DNA of 64,000 bases from an uncultured Candidatus Bathyarchaeia archaeon (GCA_964460055.1 CAYWPD010000001.1:1376-65375), one strand, 5' to 3'. Counted from the first letter of the stretch, positions 18,687-28,825 are shown. Numbers and translations are program-made. Notes: generated by a model from the sequence alone, not told the origin.

Positions 18687-19055
18687 TTGAGTTGCATGTT
18701 CCAACTCCAAAAGCTCTGGAGCCTACCTGGTGAAGCAAAGCAGTATGCAGGCCTCGCAAAGCTAGAGGCCAGGTCAGTCGTTTTCACTATGACCGTCGGA
18801 GACGGTCTTCTGCTGATATGCTCACAAGCAGGTAGCGACGGATTGAAAGTAATCGAACACTTCTCAAACCTGATCGGGGAGCCGTCCACAGTCACCACGG
18901 ACAAACGGTATGGGTACATAGAGTACAGTGCCTGCTGGAGGATAACAGCCACGATAGAGGAAGACATTCTCGAGAAGCTACGGAGCGAAATTCCATTCCA
19001 AGTTCCATCGGAACACTCGAACGAAATGGCTCAAAGGGCGTTCGTCTATCTGTAG
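18687..19055 (+). CDS. hypothetical protein
   Basis: A 122-aa ORF in a roughly 550-bp region between two minus-strand genes. It overlaps a 100-aa minus-strand ORF, and no motif is recognised. Confidence 0.3.
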   Translation: MSCMFQLQKLWSLPGEAKQYAGLAKLEARSVVFTMTVGDGLLLICSQAGSDGLKVIEHFSNLIGEPSTVTTDKRYGYIEYSACWRITATIEEDILEKLRSEIPFQVPSEHSNEMAQRAFVYL

Positions 19056-19098
19056 GCCAAGTGTGGAAGAGCCTCCCAACGTGCCTTCTGATCCGCGA

Positions 19099-19740
19099 TC
19101 AAAGGTATTGGAGGATTTCAGAAAGGTCATCGGCAACCACCCTGTCGGCTACTTCAAGCAGAGAGGGATGGTGCGGGCCCACGGCTATTGCCAATCCCGC
19201 CCACTTCAGCAATTCGATATCGTTGTAGTGGTCTCCGACGGCAACTATGTCATCTGATTCAACACCGATCAATCTTTGAAAATCCTTGGCCGCAAGGACT
19301 TTGCTCGGGAACCCCTTCTCGTCCCTGTACGGAAACTGCACCTCTTCGATGAGTCCTTCATCATCGAAGTGGAACTGATAACTGGCCTCAAAGTCGGGCC
19401 GGAAGCCGGTCTCCTCATAGAATATCGATAAAACGAAGTCGGGTGCCTGCGAGACGACAGCGACCTTGTACCCTAGCTCCTTGGCTTTTTCTAATAGGGT
19501 CTTCGCACCGGGTTTGATAGGCAGGCACTTGAAGAGTTCAAAGAGCTTGACTTTGCTGATCGATCTTCTCCTCCACTCCGAGAGCTCCACGGTTCTGAAC
19601 TGGGCTTCACTCATCTTCTGTTCCAGAACCATCTTGCGATAGAGTCCTCTCGGAAGTCCGAAGTGCTCTCTGATCACATCCCATGAGTTCTCGTATTCAA
19701 TCAGTGTTCCGTCGAAGTCGAGGACGAGCCCCTTAGTCAA
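19099..19740 (-). CDS. HAD superfamily hydrolase (PSP-like)
   Basis: The N-terminus carries the HAD motif I, LVLDFDGTL, and there is a C-terminal GDHYNDIELL motif IV-like region. Confidence 0.7.
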   Translation of the reverse strand: MTKGLVLDFDGTLIEYENSWDVIREHFGLPRGLYRKMVLEQKMSEAQFRTVELSEWRRRSISKVKLFELFKCLPIKPGAKTLLEKAKELGYKVAVVSQAPDFVLSIFYEETGFRPDFEASYQFHFDDEGLIEEVQFPYRDEKGFPSKVLAAKDFQRLIGVESDDIVAVGDHYNDIELLKWAGLAIAVGPHHPSLLEVADRVVADDLSEILQYL

Positions 19741-19869
19741 GGTCGACTTCCCCTTTGCTGCCTAGGCGATACATGGTAGCTTTAAGCCTCTCGCCTAGCA
19801 TATGGCGGACTTCGTTTCAGGGGTGGCCAGAAAGCCTGACCGATTCGGTTCTGTGTTCACGGCGTTAAG

Positions 19870-20655
19870 TTGGGCTCACACCCTCATAGCCGCTCCCAAG
19901 ATGTAATATCTAGATCCGCCCGATCATCTATGAGGGATGTACACGTGTCAATCTCGGACTCGGAGCTGAATGCTCTCAAGAACTTGGACACGCCGACGGT
20001 GGCCAATGCGATCGAGCTGTTTAACGTAAGGCCGAGGAATACGGGCTTCATGCGTCCCGAGGTTAGATCTATCTTCCCTGAGATGGGCGTAATGGTCGGA
20101 TACGCCTGTACCGCGACTATACAGGCTGATCAACCAGCCTCCAAGACTAGGCAGCTCCAAGTCTCCGATTACTGGGATAGCATACTTAGAGTGCCCAAAC
20201 CCCGAGTCCTTGTGATGCAGGATTTAGACAACCCCACTGGTGTTGGGTCCTTCTGGGGCGAAGTTCAGGCCAACATTCACAAGCGGCTCGGATGCGTCGG
20301 AGCGGTCACAAACGGTGGAGTTCGCGATCTAGATGAGATAGAAAGACTGGGATTCAATCTATATGCATCGCATGTGCTGGTCTCACATGCACACGTGCAT
20401 CTTGTGGATTTTGAGTCTCGAGTGAGAGTGGGCGGGCTCGTGATCTCGCAAGGAGACCTGATCCACGCGGACAGACATGGCGTGCAAATAGTCCCCCGCG
20501 AGATAGCTGGTAGGATCATAAAGGCCGCGGGCGAGATACGGCGACTGGAAGGTGAATTCATCGATTTCTGCAAGTCCAAAGAATTCTCGATTAACGAGCT
20601 GAAGATCAGGTTCCCAAAGCTGAGAGAGGCTATGTCTAGAATCGTTACAGACTAG
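19870..20655 (+). CDS. RraA family protein (4-hydroxy-4-methyl-2-oxoglutarate aldolase / RraA-like)
   Basis: A conserved G-x-V-x-N-G-G-V-R-D segment (VTNGGVRDLDEI) and the overall size match the RraA/MenG-like fold. The real start may be the internal Met at 19930. Confidence 0.68.
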   Translation: MGSHPHSRSQDVISRSARSSMRDVHVSISDSELNALKNLDTPTVANAIELFNVRPRNTGFMRPEVRSIFPEMGVMVGYACTATIQADQPASKTRQLQVSDYWDSILRVPKPRVLVMQDLDNPTGVGSFWGEVQANIHKRLGCVGAVTNGGVRDLDEIERLGFNLYASHVLVSHAHVHLVDFESRVRVGGLVISQGDLIHADRHGVQIVPREIAGRIIKAAGEIRRLEGEFIDFCKSKEFSINELKIRFPKLREAMSRIVTD

Positions 20656-20704
20656 CGGTATCCGCCGGATCTGATAGAACGGGAGATGAAAAAGAGGAAA
20701 CGAG

Positions 20705-21988
20705 GTGAAGGACATGCTGACGAATTCAGAGGTCGAAGTCCATAGGTACCTAGAAAGCTGTAAAGATACAATGGTTTCATTCCTTCAGAATCTGATACGG
20801 ATTCCCACGCAAGTTCCTCCGGGAGAGAACTACGATCGAATCGCGAGCCTCTTGAGTAAGCGACTCGAGGAGCTAGGCTGTCAAGTCTCGATTCACGAGG
20901 CACCCGAAGAGTACCTCGTGAAGTCCGGGAAAGACTTCCTCGGACTCAACGGTCCGCGAAGCAACCTAATCGCACGGCACAGAGGCACGAGGGGAAGACC
21001 AGTTCTGCATATCAATGGTCACACAGACGTTCAACCTGCCACACCTGCAGGGTGGTCGACAGATCCATTCGAGGGAGTGGTGAAGGACGGACATGTGTTC
21101 GGCAGAGGTTCGTCTGACGACAAGGCAGAGTTGACCGCCTTGGTATTTGCTTTGGAGGCTTTACGAAAAAATGGTCCTCCGCTGAAAGGAGATCTACTTC
21201 TGACGGCAACGTGCGACGAGGAAATTGGCGGAATCGCTGGGCTCGGTTACCTCTTCGACAACCACTTGATCGCTGCGGATTTCGGCATCGAGCTGGACGG
21301 ATCTGCGGACAACATCGGTATCGCATATAACGGAAGGATACGGTATCTCCTCTCATCCTATGGGAGAGCAGCCCATGGGCAGACACCACACTTGGGCATT
21401 AACGCGATCGAGAAGATGTCGAAGATGATCACCGCCCTGACCATGTATTGGAGGGGCACACTGATGCAGAGGGGTGTCGACATCCCTGTCTCTCCATCTC
21501 TCAAGCTCGACAGACTGGTTGCCATGCTAAACATCGGAACAATCAAGGGAGGAGTCCAAGGGGCGACCGTTCCGGACATTTGCACTTCAGAGATTTTGCG
21601 ATGCATCGTACCTAGAGAAACGCGAGAGGATGCAGAGAGGGAGCTAAGGGAAATCCTGGACAAAGTGAAGTCTGAGGATATCGATGTGAGTTATCAGTTG
21701 ACTGAGATAAACTATCGAGATGGCTGCTACATCTCACCGAACCACCCATACGTCGAAGAGATCAACGGCATCATCAGAGACGTTATTGGCCATCCGCTTC
21801 CGCTCTACGGACACACGGCGAGCTGCGACATGAACTATCAGATCAACCAAGGAAAGATCCCATGCGTGGGCTTTGGAGCCGGAGGACCATACTCCAGAGG
21901 TCATGGAGTAGACGAGAATGTCAGAATCAGCGAACTCGTAGATCTTGCCAAGATCGTTAGCACAATCATTCTCAGGAAGTTGGCATGA
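20705..21988 (+). CDS. M20 family metallopeptidase (ArgE/DapE/acetylornithine deacetylase-like)
   Basis: M20 metal-binding motifs are present: HINGHTDVQPA, GRGSSDDKAE and a dimerisation-domain region. It is 427 aa long. Confidence 0.8.
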   Translation: MKDMLTNSEVEVHRYLESCKDTMVSFLQNLIRIPTQVPPGENYDRIASLLSKRLEELGCQVSIHEAPEEYLVKSGKDFLGLNGPRSNLIARHRGTRGRPVLHINGHTDVQPATPAGWSTDPFEGVVKDGHVFGRGSSDDKAELTALVFALEALRKNGPPLKGDLLLTATCDEEIGGIAGLGYLFDNHLIAADFGIELDGSADNIGIAYNGRIRYLLSSYGRAAHGQTPHLGINAIEKMSKMITALTMYWRGTLMQRGVDIPVSPSLKLDRLVAMLNIGTIKGGVQGATVPDICTSEILRCIVPRETREDAERELREILDKVKSEDIDVSYQLTEINYRDGCYISPNHPYVEEINGIIRDVIGHPLPLYGHTASCDMNYQINQGKIPCVGFGAGGPYSRGHGVDENVRISELVDLAKIVSTIILRKLA

Positions 21989-22095
21989 TCACATTATAAA
22001 AGAAGGATCCGTCCTCCAAAGGGATTGTTTCAATTCAAGCCTCGGAAAAGATGTTAGGAACCGAATGGGATCGCTCGTGCTTGTAGTGCAAGAAG

Positions 22096-23247
22096 GTGAG
22101 AAAAATGGACGAACTGTCTGGAATTAGGGAGCTTTTCCCGATAACGAAGAAATACGCTTTCATCAATGCAGCTTCAACCGGCGCGTGGCCATCAGCGGCT
22201 ATCGCCGCGGTTCATCACTTCCTAGAGAATCCAATCGGAGACTATGAATACGGAGATGGCTCGTGGGACACACAGATCGTCGACGTAAGAAGGCTCTTCG
22301 CAGAACTCGTGGGTTGCTCAAGCAATGAAGTGGCATTTGCACCAACCACCTCTCACGCACTGAGTACGGTAGCCGCGCTCGTGCCTAGGAATGCAGGATC
22401 TAACGTCGTTACCGCAGATCTCGAGTTCCCTTCAAATATCCTCCCCTGGATGAGACAGAGAGAATTCGGCCTCGATCTCAGAATCATAAAGAGCGTCGAA
22501 GGACGGATCAGGGTTGAAGACGTTGAGAAGGCGGTCGACGACCACACGTGGGCGCTCTCCGTAAGCCACGTGGAGTATGGTAACGGCTTCAAGAATGACC
22601 TGAAAGCTTTGTCGGAGATCGCCCATAGCCACGGCGCATATCTTGTTGTCGACGCCATCCAGTCGGCTGGCGGTCTGCAAGTAGACGTGAAGAAATCTGG
22701 CATCGACTTCTTGGCATGCGGCTCATACAAGTGGTTGCTTGGCCCGATAGGCTGCGGCTTCCTATTCATCGATGGCCGGATAGCAGAGAAGTATGAGCCG
22801 CTACAAGCAGGCTGGGGCAGTATTATTCCTGAATCATTCAACCTCTCCAAGGGATGGGAGCATTTCCACAGGATCCCGTGGGGAAAGGGTGCTCTTAGAT
22901 TTGAAGTGGGGTCAAAGCCTCAACTTTCAGCCATAGCATTGCGAGAGTCACTGAAACTTCTATTGAATTTAGGGAAGCAGAGGGTGGAGAAACACATACT
23001 CGAACTCACAGAATATTTGCTTCAGCGTCTCGACGAATCTCATCTAGAGGTCCAATCACCTAGGGAGCCTGAGAGCCGTTCAGGGATAGTTAACTTCAAG
23101 ATCAAAGATCCAGTCGAAGCGTGCGAAAAGCTTCGTGCCATGAAAGTGATAGTGTGCTCAAGGATGGGAGGAATCAGGGTTTCACCACATGTGTACAATA
23201 ATGAGGGAGATATCGACCGTCTGATGGACTGTCTCAAGAAGATCTAG
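22096..23247 (+). CDS. class V aminotransferase (PLP-dependent; cysteine desulfurase / epimerase-like)
   Basis: A PLP-lysine motif, CGSYKWLLGP, and the overall fold-type I layout are present. It is 383 aa long. Confidence 0.75.
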   Translation: MRKMDELSGIRELFPITKKYAFINAASTGAWPSAAIAAVHHFLENPIGDYEYGDGSWDTQIVDVRRLFAELVGCSSNEVAFAPTTSHALSTVAALVPRNAGSNVVTADLEFPSNILPWMRQREFGLDLRIIKSVEGRIRVEDVEKAVDDHTWALSVSHVEYGNGFKNDLKALSEIAHSHGAYLVVDAIQSAGGLQVDVKKSGIDFLACGSYKWLLGPIGCGFLFIDGRIAEKYEPLQAGWGSIIPESFNLSKGWEHFHRIPWGKGALRFEVGSKPQLSAIALRESLKLLLNLGKQRVEKHILELTEYLLQRLDESHLEVQSPREPESRSGIVNFKIKDPVEACEKLRAMKVIVCSRMGGIRVSPHVYNNEGDIDRLMDCLKKI

Positions 23248-23396
23248 CTCGTTCCAAATCTTCTCCGCGTCGACAGGTTGACCTTTGGACTGCGGAAGCA
23301 CTTACTCTCGCGAGAGAAGTCAACCGGAGCTTTCTACCGCTCTTTCTGGATTCATCTTTTATCCAAGGTCGCCAGATTCTTCTCTCCGATGCATCT

Positions 23397-24122
23397 ATGG
23401 TCGGCTCCATCGAGGTCCGAGAGTTCAAGAAGATCAGTCTGGAAGGCGGCACAGTCTTGGACGGCTTTCCGAGCATTGGCTTGGTGACCTCAATTGCGGC
23501 GACCTATCTCATCTCCACCTTGAACCTTGATCAGGTCGCAGCCTTGGAAAGTGAAAGATTCCCACCTCTCTCCATGGTTTACGATTCGAAACCGAAGTTT
23601 CCCGCTAGGATATACGCCAGTGACAAGTGGAAAATTGCCGTCTTCTTGGCGGAGTTTTCCCCTGATCCGCATCTTGACCGGGAAATTGCGAAGACGATAT
23701 TGGGTTGGGCACGCGAACATCACTGCTCTCTAGTGATCTCCCCGGTGGAAATGCCCTTGGAACAGGAGAAGGATAAGGTAGAGGTCTTTGGAGTGGGCAG
23801 TACGGAGAGGGCAAGGCAACGCCTTCGGGAGAGCGGCATCAACGAACTGGGAGTGGGGATGGTGGCTGGCGTTGCCGGGATACTTTTGAACGAGGGAAGA
23901 TGGAGCGAATTCGACATAATCAGCCTTGGAGTGAGAGCACATAAGGAATATCCAGACGCGAGGGCTGCTGCTAAGGTCGTTGAGGCGATCGACAAGTTGC
24001 TGCCTGATCTGCAGATAGATGTGAAGCCGCTCTACGAAGAGGCAGAGGTAATCGAGGCGCGTCTAAAGGCTCTCAGGACTCAAGCCAAGCCGGTTCAACC
24101 ACCTCCGGGAATCTACGGTTAG
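23397..24122 (+). CDS. PAC2 family proteasome assembly chaperone-like protein
   Basis: The archaeal PAC2 pattern LEGGTVLDGFPSIGLVTSIAATYLI is near the N-terminus. It is 241 aa long. Confidence 0.6.
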   Translation: MVGSIEVREFKKISLEGGTVLDGFPSIGLVTSIAATYLISTLNLDQVAALESERFPPLSMVYDSKPKFPARIYASDKWKIAVFLAEFSPDPHLDREIAKTILGWAREHHCSLVISPVEMPLEQEKDKVEVFGVGSTERARQRLRESGINELGVGMVAGVAGILLNEGRWSEFDIISLGVRAHKEYPDARAAAKVVEAIDKLLPDLQIDVKPLYEEAEVIEARLKALRTQAKPVQPPPGIYG

Positions 24123-24725
24123 CGTAAGCCAAACCGCTTCAATTTTCCGTGCTTACGAAAGGCTTATTTGTTTAACAATTACACATTAATCCGAGAGATA
24201 CCATTGAAACCCCTCTATCTCGCAGCCGAAGGAATCACACTGAGGCTATGCGAGGCCTGCCAAAGATACGTTTCGCTCTCACTCTGGCATGAACATCGAC
24301 GGACTTTAGAGCACAAGCTGGCGTTCAAGAGATGGCTGGCATGCCTGCCGAAGGCTCATCCACACAACGATATTCACAAGCATTGATGTCCAAGAGCTAC
24401 CTCTGTTCAAAGTCGCTAACCTTGAGTTCGTCTAGGACAGTTCTGCATTCCACTTAGAGCCTCGCACACTGCGCGTTATGATAAGATGGCTTGAAGATGA
24501 TTATGGCTTCGAGAGATATGAGGCGCACGAATTCTTGAGTAACGCTGCGCGAATTCGAGTCGCCTGGATTTGTAGAACAGCCATACACCGTTGAGTTCGT
24601 CCTTTCGAAGAAGTTCTTGAGTCAACGATGATGATTCTGATTTCTGCTTCAGGATCAGACAGACGATCTTAGAACGCGAAATCTTATTGAGTTGAAGGCT
24701 ACATCAGGTGAGCCGAGGTATCTAT

Positions 24726-24914
24726 ATGCCTTACGTCCACGTGCACCTGTTGGAAGGCAGAACTGAAGAACAGAAAGAGAAATTGGCCAAGGCGATAACC
24801 GAGGCCTTCGTCCAGATTACTGGAGTCTCAAAGGACGCTGTCTGGGTAGAGTTCAGCGACATGGCAAAATTCAACTTTGCAACCGGTGGTGTACTGAGAA
24901 GTAAGACCAAGTAG
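24726..24914 (+). CDS. 4-oxalocrotonate tautomerase family enzyme
   Basis: The sequence MPYVHVHLLEGRT...KEKLAKAIT has the catalytic Pro directly after the initiator Met. The ORF track extends 6 codons upstream (24708), but a Pro-1 enzyme needs this start. Confidence 0.65.
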   Translation: MPYVHVHLLEGRTEEQKEKLAKAITEAFVQITGVSKDAVWVEFSDMAKFNFATGGVLRSKTK

Positions 24915-25091
24915 CTCTTGGCTCATCCCTTTCATCTTTCTTGGCAATCCGCGATTTCCCCACGCTTGATTCTGTACTATTTGCTCCTCTTTCTCGTGAT
25001 CTATCCGGCGCCGGGATAGGATGAGAGCCAACTCTTGATTGGGAATCCTCAAATCGAACTCTCGCCAACTCTTAAGCCCTGAGGATCGTCG

Positions 25092-25331
25092 ATGGAGAGG
25101 ACGCACCACGAAGTAGAGGCCTGGTATCGGGCTACTACCACATCTACCGCACTGAACCCGAAGAAAGAACTACTGATGATGATCGGGCTCGAGATCTGGA
25201 ATGTAACTCAACGGGTCTCACGACTCGAGGAGCGATTGAACCAACAACTGGCGGAACTGGACAGGCTAGAGAGCAGACTGCACTCTCAACTCGATGAGAT
25301 AGAGCTGAGACTCAAGATGGCTAGGCTCTAG
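25092..25331 (+). CDS. hypothetical coiled-coil protein
   Basis: A 79-aa ORF in an intergenic position, with a heptad-like LEERLNQQLAELDRLESRLHSQLDEIELRL segment. Confidence 0.35.
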   Translation: MERTHHEVEAWYRATTTSTALNPKKELLMMIGLEIWNVTQRVSRLEERLNQQLAELDRLESRLHSQLDEIELRLKMARL

Positions 25332-25368
25332 AAAAAGTGGGAGAGAGCTTTGTTGCTGCCTCTCCACT

Positions 25369-26721
25369 CTACTTCAGCCTCTCGAGAGCTCTTTGAAGTT
25401 GTCCGATTTCTCTGACCGTGTTGTAATGAGCCAAGCTTCCCCTAATCGCTGTTGGGATTCCAAAGATCTCGAGCGCCTTGGAGTAGTATCCTTCTGAGCG
25501 TATTGCGATCGCATGGTCTGTCCACAGCTTCTCAACGACAAGGTTGTCAGAGAGGTCCTCCACTCGGAAGAGGAAGGTTGGATCTCTTTCGTTGAGCCTC
25601 TTGGAATCGGTGATTCCGTAGGTCTTGATCCGGGGAATCTGCAGTAGTCCCGGCGCATCTTCAACCCCTTCGAGCATTGCTCGACTCAAGCTCTTCTCGT
25701 ATTCTTGAATTGAATCCATGGCAATTTTGAGTTCTTTCACACGTCCGGAATACGATGTGAACTTGCCAGCATATCGTGATCTGACCTGTTCGGATAGCCA
25801 GGTCAGATAGTCAACGACTCCACTTATGGCGGCAAACTGTGCTTGGTCCCTCGTTCCGAGCTCCCATTTTTCTGGGGGGTGTTCGGGTGCAGGCGTTACC
25901 TTGTATGGGCGCAGTCGTTCCAGATGTTCGAGCTTTCCATACATGAAGCTGCCATGTCTGCTGAAGAGCTTATAGCCAGAGAAGACGAGAAAGTCGCAAT
26001 CTAGGGCCTGAACGTCTATTGGCCCGTGAAGAATGTGGTGCACTGCGTCTACTACAAAGTATGCACCAACTGCTCTTGCCGCCTTGCCAATCTCCACAAG
26101 GGGTGTCTTGGTGCCTAAGGCATTTGATGCAGCGCTTACAGCCACGACCTTTGTGTGATTATCGATCATACTTCCCAGACGTGTGAGGTCAAGTGACCCG
26201 TTGTCTCGTCTGAGTGGAATGGATCGAATTTCTCTCACCAAGCTGCGTTCCTTGAGTTCGAGCCAAGGGCTGAGATTTGTGTAATGCTCATACTCCGAGG
26301 TCACAATGTTCTCGCTGCCAGTGAGCTCTCTCCCGATGGCATAACTCAGCATGAACATGAGAGATGTGGCGGATTCGCCCGTAATGATTGTCTCCGGAGA
26401 TGATGCGTTGAGAAGGTCGGCTACAGCATGTCGGCCTTCATGGATAGTTTCTTCGGCCTTTCTAGACTCCATGAATGGAGCCTCCGTATTTGCACAGTAG
26501 TCGACACGGGCCTTCGCCTCGGCTTCTGCAGCTTTTCCAACAACCAGAGTTCCCGCGCCGCTGTCAAAGAAGGTTCTTTTTCGGCCGGTGGCATCAGCGT
26601 CGGCTCTGGGGAACTCCGCTCGGATTTTCTCGATTAGACGTTCGTCGAACATAGGCGACCATCCTTGGTAGGTTACAGCTTCATTCATTATTAGAGCTTG
26701 GATCAAGTGGCTGTGCGTCAT
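25369..26721 (-). CDS. class V aminotransferase / cysteine desulfurase family protein
   Basis: A PLP-lysine motif, FSGYKLF, and an fold-type I architecture are present. It is 450 aa long. Confidence 0.7.
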   Translation of the reverse strand: MTHSHLIQALIMNEAVTYQGWSPMFDERLIEKIRAEFPRADADATGRKRTFFDSGAGTLVVGKAAEAEAKARVDYCANTEAPFMESRKAEETIHEGRHAVADLLNASSPETIITGESATSLMFMLSYAIGRELTGSENIVTSEYEHYTNLSPWLELKERSLVREIRSIPLRRDNGSLDLTRLGSMIDNHTKVVAVSAASNALGTKTPLVEIGKAARAVGAYFVVDAVHHILHGPIDVQALDCDFLVFSGYKLFSRHGSFMYGKLEHLERLRPYKVTPAPEHPPEKWELGTRDQAQFAAISGVVDYLTWLSEQVRSRYAGKFTSYSGRVKELKIAMDSIQEYEKSLSRAMLEGVEDAPGLLQIPRIKTYGITDSKRLNERDPTFLFRVEDLSDNLVVEKLWTDHAIAIRSEGYYSKALEIFGIPTAIRGSLAHYNTVREIGQLQRALERLK

Positions 26722-26773
26722 GAAGGACTAGTTGCGCAGAAAGAAGGGGAGAGAACTTGGATTAGCCCATTTC

Positions 26774-28246
26774 CTACATTCTGTAGAGCGGCTTGCAACC
26801 GGTTGTGGGGTATCTGATGACGGTTTCTTCTCCGTTGAATTCTGGTAGGGCGAGATCAATCGGTGGCTTCTCGTCCTTTGGTATGAGGCATTCTTCGATG
26901 CCGCCTTGAGTCCTCTCCTTGAATTCGGCCTTTGCTTTCTTGAGTTGCTTCGAGTCGGTGAGAAGTTCAATCATACTCGCAGCGATTGTCTTTGCTGCGA
27001 ATAGGCCGCCCTTGTGTGTTATTCCCGTCTTGGATGTGGTAGCGATGGCCCAGCTTGGAATATCAAAGCCTGTAGGGCTTTTGAACCACATTGTGGTGTG
27101 AAGCCAAGCCGACGGCGCGTACCAAGTGAATTCGTTGAAGTCGTCGCAGCCTCCTTTGAACCATTGTTCAAGTTCCCAAGGTTTGGTCAGAGCTTCGTCG
27201 AGCGGTTCCTTCATAGGTTCAAATCCAAGGTTTCTCTGGATCTCTCTGCAGAACTCCTTCTCGTCATCTGTGAATTGGGGAGCACCGACAAGCTCCATGT
27301 TCCTGAAGACGAGTTCTGAAAGAGCATGGTTAGGTACGCCAGTCCTGCTAGCTCCCATTATGCGTGTGTTGAATTTCATGCCGGCTGCAAGAGCCGCAGC
27401 TTCGGCGCATTTCTTGAGGACTTCGAAGATCTTCTTGGTTCCCGAGATGGTGGGGCTTCGCATCGCGTAGAAGACTTCGGCAAACTCTGGAATATTTGTG
27501 AGGCATTGTCCGCCCACGCTGACTATCTCGTTCAGCGAAGGATATTCATCATGAGGTAGAATCTGTTCTTTCATGAAGTTGGCAAGCACGTTCATCATTA
27601 CGACTCCATCCAGCGCGCTCCTACCTGCCCAAGGTCGGCCACCATAGGTCTGAAGACCTTGGAACTGGAAAGCTGCGGCGAGGTAACATCCAGGTAGGTA
27701 GTCCCATACCACCGTGTTGAAGTTCAGCGGATGATTGGCAATGACGGCGTCGAGATCATCATAGAAGCCGTCTCTCGCTTGGAAGGCCTTTGCTATGCAG
27801 ATCTTCTCGGCTGGTGTTCCGAATATTTTGAGCGTTCCTTTCAATCTGTGGCGGTCCATAGCTTCCTTTGCTGCGACGATTCCTGAAGTGGCCGCTACTC
27901 CTAACATGTTGTGCTTGTCCTCAAATCCAGGCGCGTGAGGTATGACTGGTTCGCGAAAAGGAACTGGTTTCTGTGAGTTCCCCGGTGTGGCGTCGTACTC
28001 CGCGTAGGTTGCTATGATTGGTTTTCCGTCGCCGTAGGTTGCGACGAAGGCCGTAGGCATTCCTGAAATGCCCATCTCTACATCAAAGTCGTTTTTCCTG
28101 AGATAGTCGCATAGGAGTCTGCTAGATCTGTATTCTCGGAGTGCGGGCTCCGCGTATTCCCAAATGGTGTCGCTCATTTTCGTGATGGTCTTCTTGTTTG
28201 CCTCTATGTACTCCAGAGCGGTCCGCTTCTCTTTTGAAGCCTTCAA
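26774..28246 (-). CDS. M20D family amidohydrolase (AbgB / aminobenzoyl-glutamate utilisation protein B-like)
   Basis: A 490-aa ORF with M20-type metal ligand regions (HAPGFEDKHNMLG..., GTPAEK) resembling AbgB-type amidohydrolases. Confidence 0.72.
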   Translation of the reverse strand: MKASKEKRTALEYIEANKKTITKMSDTIWEYAEPALREYRSSRLLCDYLRKNDFDVEMGISGMPTAFVATYGDGKPIIATYAEYDATPGNSQKPVPFREPVIPHAPGFEDKHNMLGVAATSGIVAAKEAMDRHRLKGTLKIFGTPAEKICIAKAFQARDGFYDDLDAVIANHPLNFNTVVWDYLPGCYLAAAFQFQGLQTYGGRPWAGRSALDGVVMMNVLANFMKEQILPHDEYPSLNEIVSVGGQCLTNIPEFAEVFYAMRSPTISGTKKIFEVLKKCAEAAALAAGMKFNTRIMGASRTGVPNHALSELVFRNMELVGAPQFTDDEKEFCREIQRNLGFEPMKEPLDEALTKPWELEQWFKGGCDDFNEFTWYAPSAWLHTTMWFKSPTGFDIPSWAIATTSKTGITHKGGLFAAKTIAASMIELLTDSKQLKKAKAEFKERTQGGIEECLIPKDEKPPIDLALPEFNGEETVIRYPTTGCKPLYRM

Positions 28247-28252
28247 CGGTTC

Positions 28253-28816
28253 GTGTCACCGGACTTCTCTCGGTCTCTACAGGATTTATGCGTAGTTGGA
28301 GCGTATGTGTCACCCTGCAATAGGATTCGGGAGGCAATCTCTGTTATAGGTCTGAAGATCGCCTGTCTCTGGTATCCAGCCTGTGATTCGATGGTCGCGA
28401 TTCCGAGGCTACTGCGGGAGATCGGTTCTGATCTGGGATTTCAAGTTCCTGAAAAAGAGCGACGAATATGCATTGACAGACAGCTGAGAGTCTACTACAA
28501 ACCGGACGTGATGTGGCTCACAGACGGCTCCTGCTCAACGCTTTTTGAGTTTGAGCCGCGTTTCCAGCCTAAGAAGGCGCTCTCAGCGATGCTTCTCGCT
28601 AGTAGAATGCCGATGAGACGAGAGAAGCTCTCGCTCATCTTTGTTGTTCTCAAAGGTAAGGCTAGCAGACACTCACAGATAGCGAATCTCCAGCGTTTTC
28701 TTGATAAGAATGGCGTGATAGACTCTTCACTCAACGTTGGGCTTCTGGAGATCTCATCGCCCATAAAGAAGAAGATCGTGAGAAAAGAGATCTTGAGGCA
28801 GATCTCAAAGATTTGA
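28253..28816 (+). CDS. hypothetical protein
   Basis: A 187-aa ORF filling a roughly 580-bp gap between convergent genes. It is basic, Cys-containing and has no recognisable motif. Confidence 0.3.
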   Translation: MSPDFSRSLQDLCVVGAYVSPCNRIREAISVIGLKIACLWYPACDSMVAIPRLLREIGSDLGFQVPEKERRICIDRQLRVYYKPDVMWLTDGSCSTLFEFEPRFQPKKALSAMLLASRMPMRREKLSLIFVVLKGKASRHSQIANLQRFLDKNGVIDSSLNVGLLEISSPIKKKIVRKEILRQISKI

Positions 28817-28825
28817 GTATCGAGC

